A stretch of 41,517 nucleotides of DNA from Methanomicrobia archaeon LH_S14 (GTDB taxonomy: Archaea; Halobacteriota; Syntropharchaeia; Alkanophagales; Methanospirareceae). Under the pieces are notes generated by a model, which was not told the origin of the DNA, did not search any database, and saw nothing but the letters and a program-made list of their open reading frames with translations. The stretch spans positions 1 through 41,517 of the forward strand of contig JAGXOS010000001.1 in assembly GCA_023659775.1 (NCBI GenBank), written 5' to 3'. Below are positions 1 through 9,373 of this stretch, piece after piece. The position numbers were made by a program, and so were the translations under genes. Numbering within the stretch: the stretch's first letter is position 1; every line of letters starts with the position of its first letter.

Positions 1-358
1 TCGGGATATGGAAAAGCGTTCGTGATTCTATCACTAGAAAATTAGATTGTGCCGTTCAAACCCCTGATAAAACTATCTTTTCATGCGGATTTTCCGAATA
101 AAAAGCAAAGTTTTATATAAATTAAAAGGTTGACTAAAGCGGAGAGAACTCGCACATTAAAACTTCGGTATATCACATATCAGTGTCGTATATCCTCCCA
201 TTTTAGAATAATATCCAAAGTTTGCTTCGTATATGTATATACCTCCATTTGGCAGAAGCTTAGTCCTCATTATGCTCAACCCACTTCAACATAAGAATTT
301 TTAATATTTAAAACTTATCATAACCTTTTTATATCACCCACCCAATAATACTAAAACC

Positions 359-1168
359 ATGATTATAGCACATACACCGGATGCAGATGACGCATTCATG
401 TTCTATGGACTGCTAAGCGGCAAAATCAGTGCCAATTTTGAAATAAAGCATATTGTTGAGGACATTGAAACGCTGAACAGAAAAGCATTCCAGGCTGAGA
501 TTGATGTCACAGCGCTCTCAGTCCACGCTTATGCTTTTCTTCACCCCCAGTACAGGATTCTGTCTGCCGGTGCAAGCGTAGGTGATGGATATGGTCCGGT
601 AGTTGTTGCGAAAAGGGAGATGGATATTGAAGGGAAGAGGATTGCAGTACCCGGGAAATACACCACTGCGAATCTGCTGCTAAAGCTGGCAGTTGGTGAC
701 TTCCAGCCTGTCGAAATGAGATTTGACGAGGTCATCACCTCAGTGAAGCGAGGAGAATTAGATGCGGGGTTGGTAATCCACGAAGCGCAAATAACTTATC
801 CACAGCATGGGCTTGTAAAAATCCTTGATTTGTGGGAGTGGTGGCATGAGAAAACTGGGTTGCCTTTGCCTCTTGGCATTAACGCCATAAAAAGAGACAT
901 TCCATTGGAGACACAGCATGAATTTCTTGAAGCTTTGCGTGAAAGCGTGCAGTATGCACAGGATAACGTAGAAGAAGCTTTGCAGTATGCAATGAAATAC
1001 TCCAGGGGTGCGGATAAAGAACTTGTCAAAAAATTCGCGTTGATGTATGTGAATAAGAGCACATACGAAATGCCAGAAGGTGTAGTAAAAGCCCTTGATG
1101 AACTTTACATAATGGCAGAAAGAAAAGGTTTTTTGGAGAGCCCGCCTTTAGACATCCTTTTTCTTTAA
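359..1168 (+). CDS. mqnD: 1,4-dihydroxy-6-naphthoate synthase (MqnD, futalosine-route menaquinone biosynthesis)
   Basis: 269-aa ORF with blocks EDIETLNR, GPVVVAK, AVPGKYTTANLLL, GLVIHEAQITY and WWHEKTGLPLPLG. These match MqnD of Thermus as I recall it. The paralogous MqnA is not fully excluded. Confidence 0.8.
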   Translation: MIIAHTPDADDAFMFYGLLSGKISANFEIKHIVEDIETLNRKAFQAEIDVTALSVHAYAFLHPQYRILSAGASVGDGYGPVVVAKREMDIEGKRIAVPGKYTTANLLLKLAVGDFQPVEMRFDEVITSVKRGELDAGLVIHEAQITYPQHGLVKILDLWEWWHEKTGLPLPLGINAIKRDIPLETQHEFLEALRESVQYAQDNVEEALQYAMKYSRGADKELVKKFALMYVNKSTYEMPEGVVKALDELYIMAERKGFLESPPLDILFL

Positions 1169-1267
1169 ATATATTCATATTCCGATTTCCACGTGACATG
1201 TCATATCCATTATTGGATATGAACATAAAAGAATATATTTATATGCTGGAGTAAACCACTGCAAAAC

Positions 1268-2212
1268 ATGACTAACAAATTAAGTGCCTGGATAAGGATT
1301 CAAGAACTGTATAAGCACCCGACAGTACTTTTTCCGTTCTTACTCGGGACCGCAATTGCATGGTCAGAAGCAGGAACAATGGATTGACGTGTATTTGCTG
1401 TTTCGATTATTGCAACCTATTTTATAACTAACGGGACATTCATATCGAACGAGTATTTCGACTATGAAACTGACAGGCTAAATATAGAACGAGCTGGTGG
1501 AGATAAAGTCGGAGTCACCACGACTGGGGGGACGAGGGTGTTGGCAGAGGGTCTTTTACCAAGAAATCAGGTTCTAATAGCCCCTATACTCTTCTTTATC
1601 GTGGCAATTCCGCTTGGAATACTATTACAGTTCCACTTTAATACAGGGATATTAACGATGCCCATCGGTGTACTCGGGATTTTGATTGGTCTATTTTACA
1701 CAGCACCGCCACTAAAAGCATCTTATTGTGGGTTTGGCGAAATATTTATGGCTATTGGGTTTACTTTTACTATTCCTGTTTTTATAGGTTACTACCTCCA
1801 ACGAGAATTTAGCTGGCTTCCCCTTATCGTTGCGCTTCCATGGACTGTGGCTGTGCCGGCACTGAAGATAATTCGCGAATTCCCGGATTATGAAGCGGAC
1901 TTGTCCGTAAATAGAAGAAATCTCGTGGTTATTTTTGGAAAGGAGAAAATGGCACCTGTTTACATCTTATTGACAATATGTTCCTTAATTCTGTTTGTTC
2001 CCATTGTGATTATCATTAAAGAAATGGTAGTTTTAGTGCTTCTGTTACCAACATTCTTCCTGCTCAGGAGTTTAATCCCGATGATTAAGGGAGAATGGAA
2101 GGATAAGGAGGGATTGGACACGATATGCAAGAATGGTTTCATAGGAATGCTTTTTATACTCGTGGCACTTACGGGGATTTTCATTCTCAAAGGTTTGTTA
2201 TCAGGGTTTTAG
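1268..2212 (+). pseudogene. UbiA-family aromatic prenyltransferase (MenA/MqnP-like) interrupted by an in-frame TGA at 1385-1387
   Basis: ATG 1268 is in the same frame as the tracked ORF 1538-2212. The translation reads MTNKLSAWIRIQELYKHPTVLFPFLLGTAIAWSEAGTMD-stop-RVFAVSIIATYFITNGTFISNEYFDYETDRLN. The first Asp-rich motif (NEYFDYETD) lies between the stop and the tracked Met. The second motif is FPDYEADLSVNRRNL. The protein has multiple TM helices. Confidence 0.75.
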
Positions 2213-2231
2213 TACAAACGGGGAAGGTAAA

Positions 2232-3320
2232 ATGTCAGTTGACGAATTGAAAAGCTGGATAAGAGCACAAAAAAACGAAATATTTGCAAACGATGCAGTT
2301 GGCACAGGCTGTTTCAGCTATCTGCCGGGCGAGGTTGTATGGGCAGTCACAAAGAGGTGTAACCTGCGATGTAAACACTGCTCGATTGCCGATGTAAGTG
2401 GAGAGGAGCTCACGACAGAAGAGGGATTTGGTATCATCGAAGAAGCTGCTAAACTCGGACACGTAAAGTTCGCATTTACGGGTGGCGAACCTCTGCTGCG
2501 CGAGGACATCTATGACCTCATCGAATATGCATCGTCTTTCGACATGCAGGTGGTAATGGCTACGAACGGGACACTGATAACGAAGGAAGTTGCGGAGAAC
2601 TTAAAGAAAGCGGGTCTGGAACGAGCCGCGATGAGCATTGATGGGATAGGAAGCGCACATGACGAGCTTCGGGGTGTAAATGGCGCTTTTGAAGACGTGC
2701 TGCGAGGAATGAAAGCATGTGAAGATGCGGAGCTTGCAATACAGCTTTTCACGATGGTTACGAGGTCTAATTATCATGAAATCGAAAAAATAATCAAGTT
2801 TGCAGACGATTTGAGTCTTTGGCGAATCTACCTTATTTATTTGATTGCCGTGGGTCGAGGTAAGGAGATTTCTGAGGATTGTTTATCCACGAATGAGAAT
2901 ATGAGGTTCTTTGACTACGTGGCGGATAAACAAAAGAACGTGAATGTCTGGCTCAAACCGATATGCAATCCGCAGTACTGGGCTTATCTGAAGGATAAGG
3001 GGCTTGTGGACCGTAAGGATAGGATTGAGTTTACAGGATGCACGGCTGGTATAACCCGATTTCACATATTTCCTAATGGTGACGTAACGCCATGTGCATA
3101 TCTACCAGTAAAGGCAGGAAATATAAGAGAGCAGAGGTTTTTGGACATTGTCCGGGATTCTGAGATGTTCAAGGCGTTGCGGGCGAGAAAAGTGAAGGGA
3201 CACTGTGCTACTTGCAAATACAAGCGAATATGTGGTGGGTGCAGGTCAAGAGCTTACGCTACTTCGGGTGATTATCTGGCTGAGGATCCGGTGTGCTGGT
3301 TTGGGGATGGGAAGGAGTGA
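2232..3320 (+). CDS. Radical SAM/SPASM enzyme, NirJ/AhbC/AhbD-like (alternative heme biosynthesis type)
   Basis: CNLRCKHC radical SAM cluster motif, a GGEPLL SAM-binding block, and a C-terminal SPASM-type CATCKYKRICGGCRSRAY. Paralog of 6340-7392. Confidence 0.8.
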   Translation: MSVDELKSWIRAQKNEIFANDAVGTGCFSYLPGEVVWAVTKRCNLRCKHCSIADVSGEELTTEEGFGIIEEAAKLGHVKFAFTGGEPLLREDIYDLIEYASSFDMQVVMATNGTLITKEVAENLKKAGLERAAMSIDGIGSAHDELRGVNGAFEDVLRGMKACEDAELAIQLFTMVTRSNYHEIEKIIKFADDLSLWRIYLIYLIAVGRGKEISEDCLSTNENMRFFDYVADKQKNVNVWLKPICNPQYWAYLKDKGLVDRKDRIEFTGCTAGITRFHIFPNGDVTPCAYLPVKAGNIREQRFLDIVRDSEMFKALRARKVKGHCATCKYKRICGGCRSRAYATSGDYLAEDPVCWFGDGKE

Positions 3321-3484
3321 CGGAAAACTATACCATATTGCGGTGAAAGATTTAAATATTAAGAGTTCATTGGATATGATTATCCCAAGGTGAAGATAAG
3401 GGATGACGGAAATATCCCCGTGAACAATAAAGAAAAAAAAGTCCTTTAGATCGGTTGTTTGGAAATAGGAAAAGAGGTGATAAG

Positions 3485-3784
3485 ATGGAGATAAAGCAAT
3501 ACGATCGAGCGATTGGATTCATGACTACGCCCCGAAATTGGAACTGGGTGAGTATTTCGTTGTTGAGATACCTAAAGGAACAGAAACAATCCTACCATAA
3601 AAAATGGCATAAAGCGATGGCGAAGTTTGAGTCCTTAGCTTCTTTAGATTTGCATATAGAAGAAATTAAAGGACAAAAGCCTGAAGGAGAAGTAAAAGTT
3701 GGAAAATCAGATACTGAGCACATACTAATTGTAACTAAAGCACTAATCAAATATGCAGAAGAACTGCTCAAAGAAGGAGGATAA
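3485..3784 (+). CDS. Hypothetical 99-aa protein, first gene of the AT-rich three-gene insert
   Basis: ATG 3485 is preceded by GAGGTGA with a 4-nt spacer. I recognise no family. The stop lies 1 nt before the next start. Confidence 0.5.
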   Translation: MEIKQYDRAIGFMTTPRNWNWVSISLLRYLKEQKQSYHKKWHKAMAKFESLASLDLHIEEIKGQKPEGEVKVGKSDTEHILIVTKALIKYAEELLKEGG

Positions 3785-3785
3785 A

Positions 3786-3944
3786 GTGGAAATAGAACTC
3801 TATAAAGATAAAATGCGACCAACAACAGATAACACGAGCTATATAGCTCGCTTATGCTCACCCAAACACTTCGCTTCACCCATGGCTTCGTATAGCCTGA
3901 AAACGCCGTATAAAATTCTGCCCCTCGCTGATTTGGAGGTATAA
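3786..3944 (+). CDS. Hypothetical 52-aa protein (GTG start), second gene of the insert
   Basis: GTG 3786 is preceded by AAGGAGGA. The stop lies 2 nt before ATG 3947. The only support is tight coupling, and no homology is recognised. Confidence 0.3.
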   Translation: MEIELYKDKMRPTTDNTSYIARLCSPKHFASPMASYSLKTPYKILPLADLEV

Positions 3945-3946
3945 AA

Positions 3947-5023
3947 ATGGTAAAGAAAGAAACACGCAAGGATAGCCTTCTTAGATTGATCTCTGATATT
4001 GGTGGTGAAGGTACACGAGAGCAGATAAACGCAAAAGTACCAGAGTATTGGGAATTATCTAATGAGGAACTAGAAATTGAGAAGGGAACAACAAAGCCGT
4101 TATACTGGCATCGTGTTGCAAGTGTATGCCAAGCTCTTAAAGATCGAGACCACTATCTTGAAAATCCGAAATGGGGAGTATGGAAAATAACTAAAAAAGG
4201 AAGGGAATATCTTTCCTCTAAAAGTTATGAGCCTCCCGTGAGCTCTGGTGGTCCAGCAGCAGAAGATTCGGCTTTAGTAATAAAATTGAGAAGTGCACAG
4301 AGAAACAGTGTTAATTATACAATCTTTGAAGAAACATTGACAGAGGCTTTCAATACCTTAGGATTTTACGCCAAACATCTCGGCAAACAGGATGAACCGG
4401 ATATTTTGCTCAAATTTCTGAATTATAAAATAGTGGTTAACGCAAAGACAACAAATGAGGGTGTAATTAATCCGGGGCACATCGATTTTGATGCTGAAGA
4501 GAGGAATAAAGAGCGTTATGAAGCCGATCACGTCGGCATCGTGGCACCTGGGTTTTCGGAAGGGAATATCAGAGTAACTGCTGAAAGAAGAAATGTGATC
4601 CTTATCGAAACAGAAGCAATATGCAAAATTTTACAGAACCACGCAATTTATCCCTATGATCCCATTAAGATTGTTAAGATACTATTTGAGTCAGGCAAAT
4701 ATGTTATCACTCCGAATGACATCCCATCATCCACCATAGACTATAAAGAGTTAATAGAGATTGTCGCTAAGATTTTGTCAGACATAAAACTAACAGGAAA
4801 GACATCGTTTTCGAGTCAAGAATTACATATTGCGTATTCATGGCAAGGACTTGATTACGAAGTCGATAAGATAGAGACTGCATTAGATTTTTTATCCACA
4901 GCGCCATTTAGTATTTTACAAAAACAAACTGAGGAATATTCGTTAACGAATAATATTGAATTCATATTAAAGAGAATTGGTCTGTTATTACAGTCATTTA
5001 ACAAGATGGAGGGTAAGATATAG
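3947..5023 (+). CDS. Mrr_N-like winged-helix protein fused to a FokI-like PD-(D/E)xK nuclease domain
   Basis: The N-terminus (LYWHRVASVCQALKDRDHYLENPKWGVWKITKKGREYL) follows the Mrr_N/HARE-HTH pattern. The middle region (FNTLGFYAKHLGKQDEPDILLKFLNYKIVVNAKT) aligns by eye to the FokI cleavage-domain core (VYGYRGKHLGGSRKPDGAIY..YGVIVDTKAY). An Asn replaces the second acidic residue. Confidence 0.6.
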   Translation: MVKKETRKDSLLRLISDIGGEGTREQINAKVPEYWELSNEELEIEKGTTKPLYWHRVASVCQALKDRDHYLENPKWGVWKITKKGREYLSSKSYEPPVSSGGPAAEDSALVIKLRSAQRNSVNYTIFEETLTEAFNTLGFYAKHLGKQDEPDILLKFLNYKIVVNAKTTNEGVINPGHIDFDAEERNKERYEADHVGIVAPGFSEGNIRVTAERRNVILIETEAICKILQNHAIYPYDPIKIVKILFESGKYVITPNDIPSSTIDYKELIEIVAKILSDIKLTGKTSFSSQELHIAYSWQGLDYEVDKIETALDFLSTAPFSILQKQTEEYSLTNNIEFILKRIGLLLQSFNKMEGKI

Positions 5024-5186
5024 AAAAACAGAGTTCGAAACTCTCCGTAACTCTTCAGATTGCCCGATGCTCACTCACTTAACAAAGCGTAACGGCTCGG
5101 TATCTCCGCCCAAATTTTACCTGCTACACAAAACTTCAGATACATTCAGAACTTTAAATTGTGAATTCGCCACTTAAAAGCTAAAA

Positions 5187-5714
5187 ATGGACATAGAAGC
5201 GCATGTCTTTGAAGTATTAGAAAAAGCAGGCATTAAAAGAGGCAAGACCATATTGGATTTTGGCTGTGGTTCAGGCACGTATACGATTCCCGCTGCGAAA
5301 ATAGCAGGTAAAGAAGGAAAAGTATATGCTTTAGACAAAGACAAGAAAGCTTTGGCTCAATTGATGCAAAAAGCCGAATCAGCGGGATTGAGAAATATAA
5401 AACGAATAGATACATCAGGCGAGTTGAAAATTCCTTTGCCGGATGAGTCTGTTGATGTCGTCCTTCTGTACGATGTTTTTCATTCTTACTATTTTTCACA
5501 GGTGGCTGATAGAAGGAAATTATTAGAAGAAGTTTACAGGGTTTCAAAAAGAGATGCTCTTATTTCCGTTTGGCCAAAACACATGGAATCGGAGGCAAAA
5601 GAAGAGATAGAAAGTGCGAATTTTTATCTTGAACGCGAATATGCCGGGACGCTTATTCATGATAATGAGGATATTGAAAAAGGAAAAGTGCTTAATTTCA
5701 GAAAAAGAATGTAA
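5187..5714 (+). CDS. Class I SAM-dependent methyltransferase (small-molecule type)
   Basis: Motif I ILDFGCGSG, post-I VYALD, and VDVVLLYDVFH. There is no DPPY/NPPY DNA-methylase motif. Confidence 0.8.
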   Translation: MDIEAHVFEVLEKAGIKRGKTILDFGCGSGTYTIPAAKIAGKEGKVYALDKDKKALAQLMQKAESAGLRNIKRIDTSGELKIPLPDESVDVVLLYDVFHSYYFSQVADRRKLLEEVYRVSKRDALISVWPKHMESEAKEEIESANFYLEREYAGTLIHDNEDIEKGKVLNFRKRM

Positions 5715-5719
5715 AACAC

Positions 5720-6337
5720 ATGGAAGCTCAAGAATTCAGTCTGAAGAGGGAACTCCAGAGAAAGGCTGTACACGTCACCTCCGTACTGATAGTCATATTT
5801 TACTACTTTCTGCCCAAAGAGGCGATATTGCTACCAATGACCTTGTTCTTGATATTATTCCTGGAGGTAGAGTTTATCAGGCTCGACCTAAAGCTAAAAT
5901 TGCCATTTTTTCACAAACTTTACAGAGAGAATGAGAAGGACAGATTGAGCGGCAACGTTTTCTTCCTCATGGGAGCTATAATAGCCATTAGCGTCTTTTC
6001 CAAGGAGATTGCCATAGCCGCTATACTGATGACAATGATAGGAGACGCCTTCGCAGCCATATTCGGCAAGAGGTTCGGCAAGACCTGGATACCAAAGCTG
6101 AAGGACAGGGCTGTTGAAGGTTGTATGGCGGAGTTCATGGTGGACCTGCTCATAGGATTCGTCTTCCTGCACTCATGGCTGGTAATACTGGTGATGGCGG
6201 GGACGGCGACAATAGTCGAGACCGTGGTCAACAAGATAGACGATAACCTTTTAATTCCTTTATTCTCCGGGTTTAACGCCCAAATCCTCACTTACATAAT
6301 TTCCTCAGGATACCTGTCCTTTCTGCCAATAGCTTAG
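5720..6337 (+). CDS. CTP-dependent polyprenol (dolichol/phytol) kinase / cytidylyltransferase-family membrane protein
   Basis: 205-aa polytopic membrane protein with IGDAFAAIFGKRFGK, the signature of the CTP_transf_1/dolichol kinase family. Confidence 0.6.
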   Translation: MEAQEFSLKRELQRKAVHVTSVLIVIFYYFLPKEAILLPMTLFLILFLEVEFIRLDLKLKLPFFHKLYRENEKDRLSGNVFFLMGAIIAISVFSKEIAIAAILMTMIGDAFAAIFGKRFGKTWIPKLKDRAVEGCMAEFMVDLLIGFVFLHSWLVILVMAGTATIVETVVNKIDDNLLIPLFSGFNAQILTYIISSGYLSFLPIA

Positions 6338-6339
6338 CG

Positions 6340-7392
6340 ATGATGAAAAAGGAGAAAGAACCAGGCTACAACATCAACTGGAACATCACAAGGGAATGCA
6401 ATCTGAGATGCAAGCACTGCTACTATGACGCAGGCGTGCAATTAGAAGATGAACTCAGCACAGAGGAATCCTTTGCACTCATTGACGATATAGCCACCGT
6501 ATTTGGTGATAAAGCGAACGTCACCTTTGGCGGTGGAGAGCCATTGATGAGAAAGGACATATTTGACCTCATTTTATACGGTAAAGAGCGAGGTTTGCGC
6601 CTCGTTCTCGCATCAAATGGAACACTGCTCACCGAAGAAGTTGCCACTCGTTTAAAAAAAGCAGGGGTCGAAGAAGTCATAATACCTATTGATGGCACTC
6701 AAAAGACGCACGATTCTATAAGGGGCGAAGGAGTCTTTGAAAAGGCGATAAAGGGTGCGAGAGTTTGTAGAGATGCGGGATTGAGTTTGGTGATTGACCC
6801 CTGCATCATGAAGCAAAACGAAGGTGAGACTGCAAAGATTATTGACATAGCTGAGAATCTGGGTGCGAGGCAGTGCAGGTTCTTCCACTATGTTTCAATG
6901 GGCAGGGGAAAGGAAGTGATGCCAGATAGTGAACTCGACACAGTTCAGTATGCAGAAAACCTGATGCTGTTATATGAAGAACAGAACAGGCGAAGGGAAC
7001 TCGAGATATGCACTACGCAGGCATCGCAGTATTGGGTGGTACTGAAGAGAAAGGAAGAAAAAGGTTTTTTCGTTCCTGATTTCTTTTATAATGAGATTCC
7101 AGGCTGTCGAGCAGCCACAGGCATGCTTTCTATCAAACCGAATGGCGATGTCGTGCCATGTCCGCTGTTAGATGTAAAAGCAGGGAATGTCCGTGAGATG
7201 AGTCTTCGTGAGATACTGAACTCGAAAGTCTTTGTTAAACTGAGAAATCGTGAGGTAAAAGGCAAGTGTGCCACATGCAAATATATGGATATCTGCGGTG
7301 GATGCCGTGTGAGGGCGTATCTTCATACTGGCGATTATCTCGCAGAAGACCCTTTATGTAGCGACTTCTTTTTTGATTCTAAGCAATCCTGA
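6340..7392 (+). CDS. Radical SAM/SPASM enzyme, NirJ/AhbC/AhbD-like (second paralog)
   Basis: CNLRCKHC, GGGEPLM, and SPASM CATCKYMDICGGCRVRAY. Collinear with 2232-3320. Confidence 0.8.
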   Translation: MMKKEKEPGYNINWNITRECNLRCKHCYYDAGVQLEDELSTEESFALIDDIATVFGDKANVTFGGGEPLMRKDIFDLILYGKERGLRLVLASNGTLLTEEVATRLKKAGVEEVIIPIDGTQKTHDSIRGEGVFEKAIKGARVCRDAGLSLVIDPCIMKQNEGETAKIIDIAENLGARQCRFFHYVSMGRGKEVMPDSELDTVQYAENLMLLYEEQNRRRELEICTTQASQYWVVLKRKEEKGFFVPDFFYNEIPGCRAATGMLSIKPNGDVVPCPLLDVKAGNVREMSLREILNSKVFVKLRNREVKGKCATCKYMDICGGCRVRAYLHTGDYLAEDPLCSDFFFDSKQS

Positions 7393-8488
7393 ACCTCAAT
7401 ATTGCTGCAATTCCTCCTAAACCGTTTAACCTCTTCCCCGGCTCGAACTCAGTGCTGAACACCACTATTTCCCCCCTTCCTCTTTCCACCTCCATAAGTA
7501 AGCTTTCTATCTCCATTCTCTCCTCCTCGCTCTCTTCCTCTTCTACCCTCGATGCCATGAGCTTTTCGTCGCTAATCAGCAGAGTTTCTATTGCACCATA
7601 CTGCAAAGCATTTCTCACCTCTTCCTTTCCATACACCCCCTTTCCATCCTGTTCCTTGCTTATCTCTTCCATTAGCCTATCCAGCAGCCTAACTTCTCTT
7701 GTCAGCCTTTCCTCTCTTTTTAACCTTTCCACAGCTCCTCTTTTCAAAACTTCTATAAATCCCGACATGCCGATGCTTGAAACCTGTTCCGTTCTCGCTC
7801 TCTTTGCTAATTCCGAGTCCTTTTCCTTTAAGAAAGAAAGAAAATCGTTCTTTACAAAGCCGGGACCTGCAATGATTATTGCTTCCGCGGATATGGAAAG
7901 AAAAGAGCTTTTCAATTGGTTTAGCACCGCGTAAAAAAAATCCTTTTTACTTCCCTCTCCGCTCTCCATACCTTTACCCGAGCTATATCGTATTGAAAAA
8001 AGCTCATCCACGCCATACTGTCTTACTACTCCAGCAACTGCCTCCCCTTCCTCTATTGTGAGTACAATCACATCAGGAGAAACAACGGCTTTTTCCGCCT
8101 CTCTTATCCTTCTCAACTGATGCTCTTTCCATGTCTTGACGATAGACAGCTCCACGCCGGGTTCGATGTTAAAGGTATGATAAGAACCCAATTCAGTATC
8201 CAATCCTTTCTCAATCACACCTTTTATACGCAATCGGTGAGAAAATTTGTGAAACTCGACGCTTTCCGTCCTTATGCCTAATCTAAGAGGTTTCTTTTCC
8301 GTCTTATCCGGTCTTATCTTATCGGTTGCCTCCTCTAACCTTCTGTACGTAAGAGAATATACAAGGTCACCTTTTTCTATCACATGCTTGAGATGCCATA
8401 AGTCGTCTAACGATTCAGGGATTAGAGAAATTTCACCTGTTTTCCTATTTTCTCCTTTCCACTTTAACTTCTTTTTTAATACCTTCAT
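7379..8488 (-). CDS. pelA: Pelota (Dom34 homolog, ribosome rescue)
   Basis: 369 aa. The N-terminus IPESLDDLWHLKHVIEKGDLV and the eRF1-like domains are typical of archaeal Pelota. There is an acidic insertion EEEESEEE. Confidence 0.9.
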   Translation of the reverse strand: MKVLKKKLKWKGENRKTGEISLIPESLDDLWHLKHVIEKGDLVYSLTYRRLEEATDKIRPDKTEKKPLRLGIRTESVEFHKFSHRLRIKGVIEKGLDTELGSYHTFNIEPGVELSIVKTWKEHQLRRIREAEKAVVSPDVIVLTIEEGEAVAGVVRQYGVDELFSIRYSSGKGMESGEGSKKDFFYAVLNQLKSSFLSISAEAIIIAGPGFVKNDFLSFLKEKDSELAKRARTEQVSSIGMSGFIEVLKRGAVERLKREERLTREVRLLDRLMEEISKEQDGKGVYGKEEVRNALQYGAIETLLISDEKLMASRVEEEESEEERMEIESLLMEVERGRGEIVVFSTEFEPGKRLNGLGGIAAILRFRIA

Positions 8489-8557
8489 TAACCCTCTCTT
8501 AGAAAGAAAAGGTTTACCAAAAGAAATAGTTTTTTAGAGAAAATTATTTAGGAAAAG

Positions 8558-9352
8558 ATGCACGAAAGCATAACACTAAAACCACTGTTAGACGAACCTG
8601 CGATGGTTGTAGAGAACGAATTTAAAACTTTGGTGATTGCCGACTTACATTTAGGTATAGAAGCAGAACTAAGAGTTAAAGGAATAAATATTGGCAGTCA
8701 AACGGAGAAATTGCTGAAACGAGCGACAAAGTGCGTAAAAGCTGCTGAACCTGACGTGATAGTCTTATTGGGCGACGTAAAGCACGCAGTCCCAAGAATA
8801 GCGTGGATGGATAGAAAAGAAGTGCCTTTTTTCTTAGCCGAGCTGGCTGAGTATGCACCGGTATACGTGGTTAAAGGGAACCATGATGGACATTTAAACA
8901 GACTGCTGCCAAAAGCGACAAAGCACGAGGTATATATTAAAAGCACGAGAGGTTTCTTGTTTGACGGCGTAGGATACACGCATGGGCATTCATGGCCTTC
9001 ACAAGATTTGTTCGCTGCAAAATATATACTGATTGGACACAATCATCCGAGGATACGACTTGTAAGTCCAAGCTCGCATTATACGAGCATGAAAACGGTA
9101 TGGATTCGCACTAAATGCAACTATAAAGCGGTAAAGAAGCAATACCCGGAGCTAAGAATAAGCGGCTGGAATGACCCCCGGGTAATAATAATGCCTGCGT
9201 TTAACGAAATATGTGGCGGCGTCACCTTTAATTCACCGAATAAAAGGCTCTTGGGACCCATAGCCTCGAAGCTTCTTCGTTTAGAGGATATGGAAGTGTA
9301 TTTGTTGGATGGGACATATATAGGAAAAACGGGGGATTTGATGGAATCGTAA
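8558..9352 (+). CDS. Calcineurin-like metallophosphoesterase
   Basis: Motifs ADLHLG, LLGDVKH, VKGNHD and GHNHP. Confidence 0.8.
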   Translation: MHESITLKPLLDEPAMVVENEFKTLVIADLHLGIEAELRVKGINIGSQTEKLLKRATKCVKAAEPDVIVLLGDVKHAVPRIAWMDRKEVPFFLAELAEYAPVYVVKGNHDGHLNRLLPKATKHEVYIKSTRGFLFDGVGYTHGHSWPSQDLFAAKYILIGHNHPRIRLVSPSSHYTSMKTVWIRTKCNYKAVKKQYPELRISGWNDPRVIIMPAFNEICGGVTFNSPNKRLLGPIASKLLRLEDMEVYLLDGTYIGKTGDLMES

Positions 9353-9373
9353 TAGAAAAAAACCAATGCCTAA

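Noticed and set aside
161-274. 37-codon minus-strand ORF (MRTKLLPNGGIYIYEANFGYYSKMGGYTTLICDIPKF) in the first intergenic region
   Set aside because: It is short, has no ribosome-binding site or recognisable homology, and lies in AT-rich spacer.
1385-1387. The in-frame TGA as selenocysteine or genome-wide TGA-to-Trp recoding
   Set aside because: Many genes in this window end at TGA (for example 3318-3320 and 16415-16417). No SECIS-like context is evident, and a UbiA TM helix is not a selenoprotein context.
5029-5045. CAGAGTTCGAAACTCTC after the nuclease gene, as a tRNA T-arm fragment marking an integration (att) site
   Set aside because: It has only a 4-bp stem with a TTCGAAA loop. There is no matching acceptor sequence, no direct-repeat partner at the other end of the insert, and no integrase.
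5187-5714. The methyltransferase as the modification partner of the upstream nuclease (a restriction-modification pair)
   Set aside because: It has small-molecule class I MTase motifs only. There is no (D/N/S)PP(Y/F) motif and no target-recognition domain. It is separated from the nuclease by a 163-nt spacer and has a different base composition.
8507-8530. Recurrent AAAAGGTTT motif (also near 126, 10464, 14662 and 15313) as a shared promoter element
   Set aside because: Its distance to the downstream start codon varies from about 8 to about 45 nt, so it is not at a consistent promoter position. It may simply reflect purine-rich leaders and partial Shine-Dalgarno sites.
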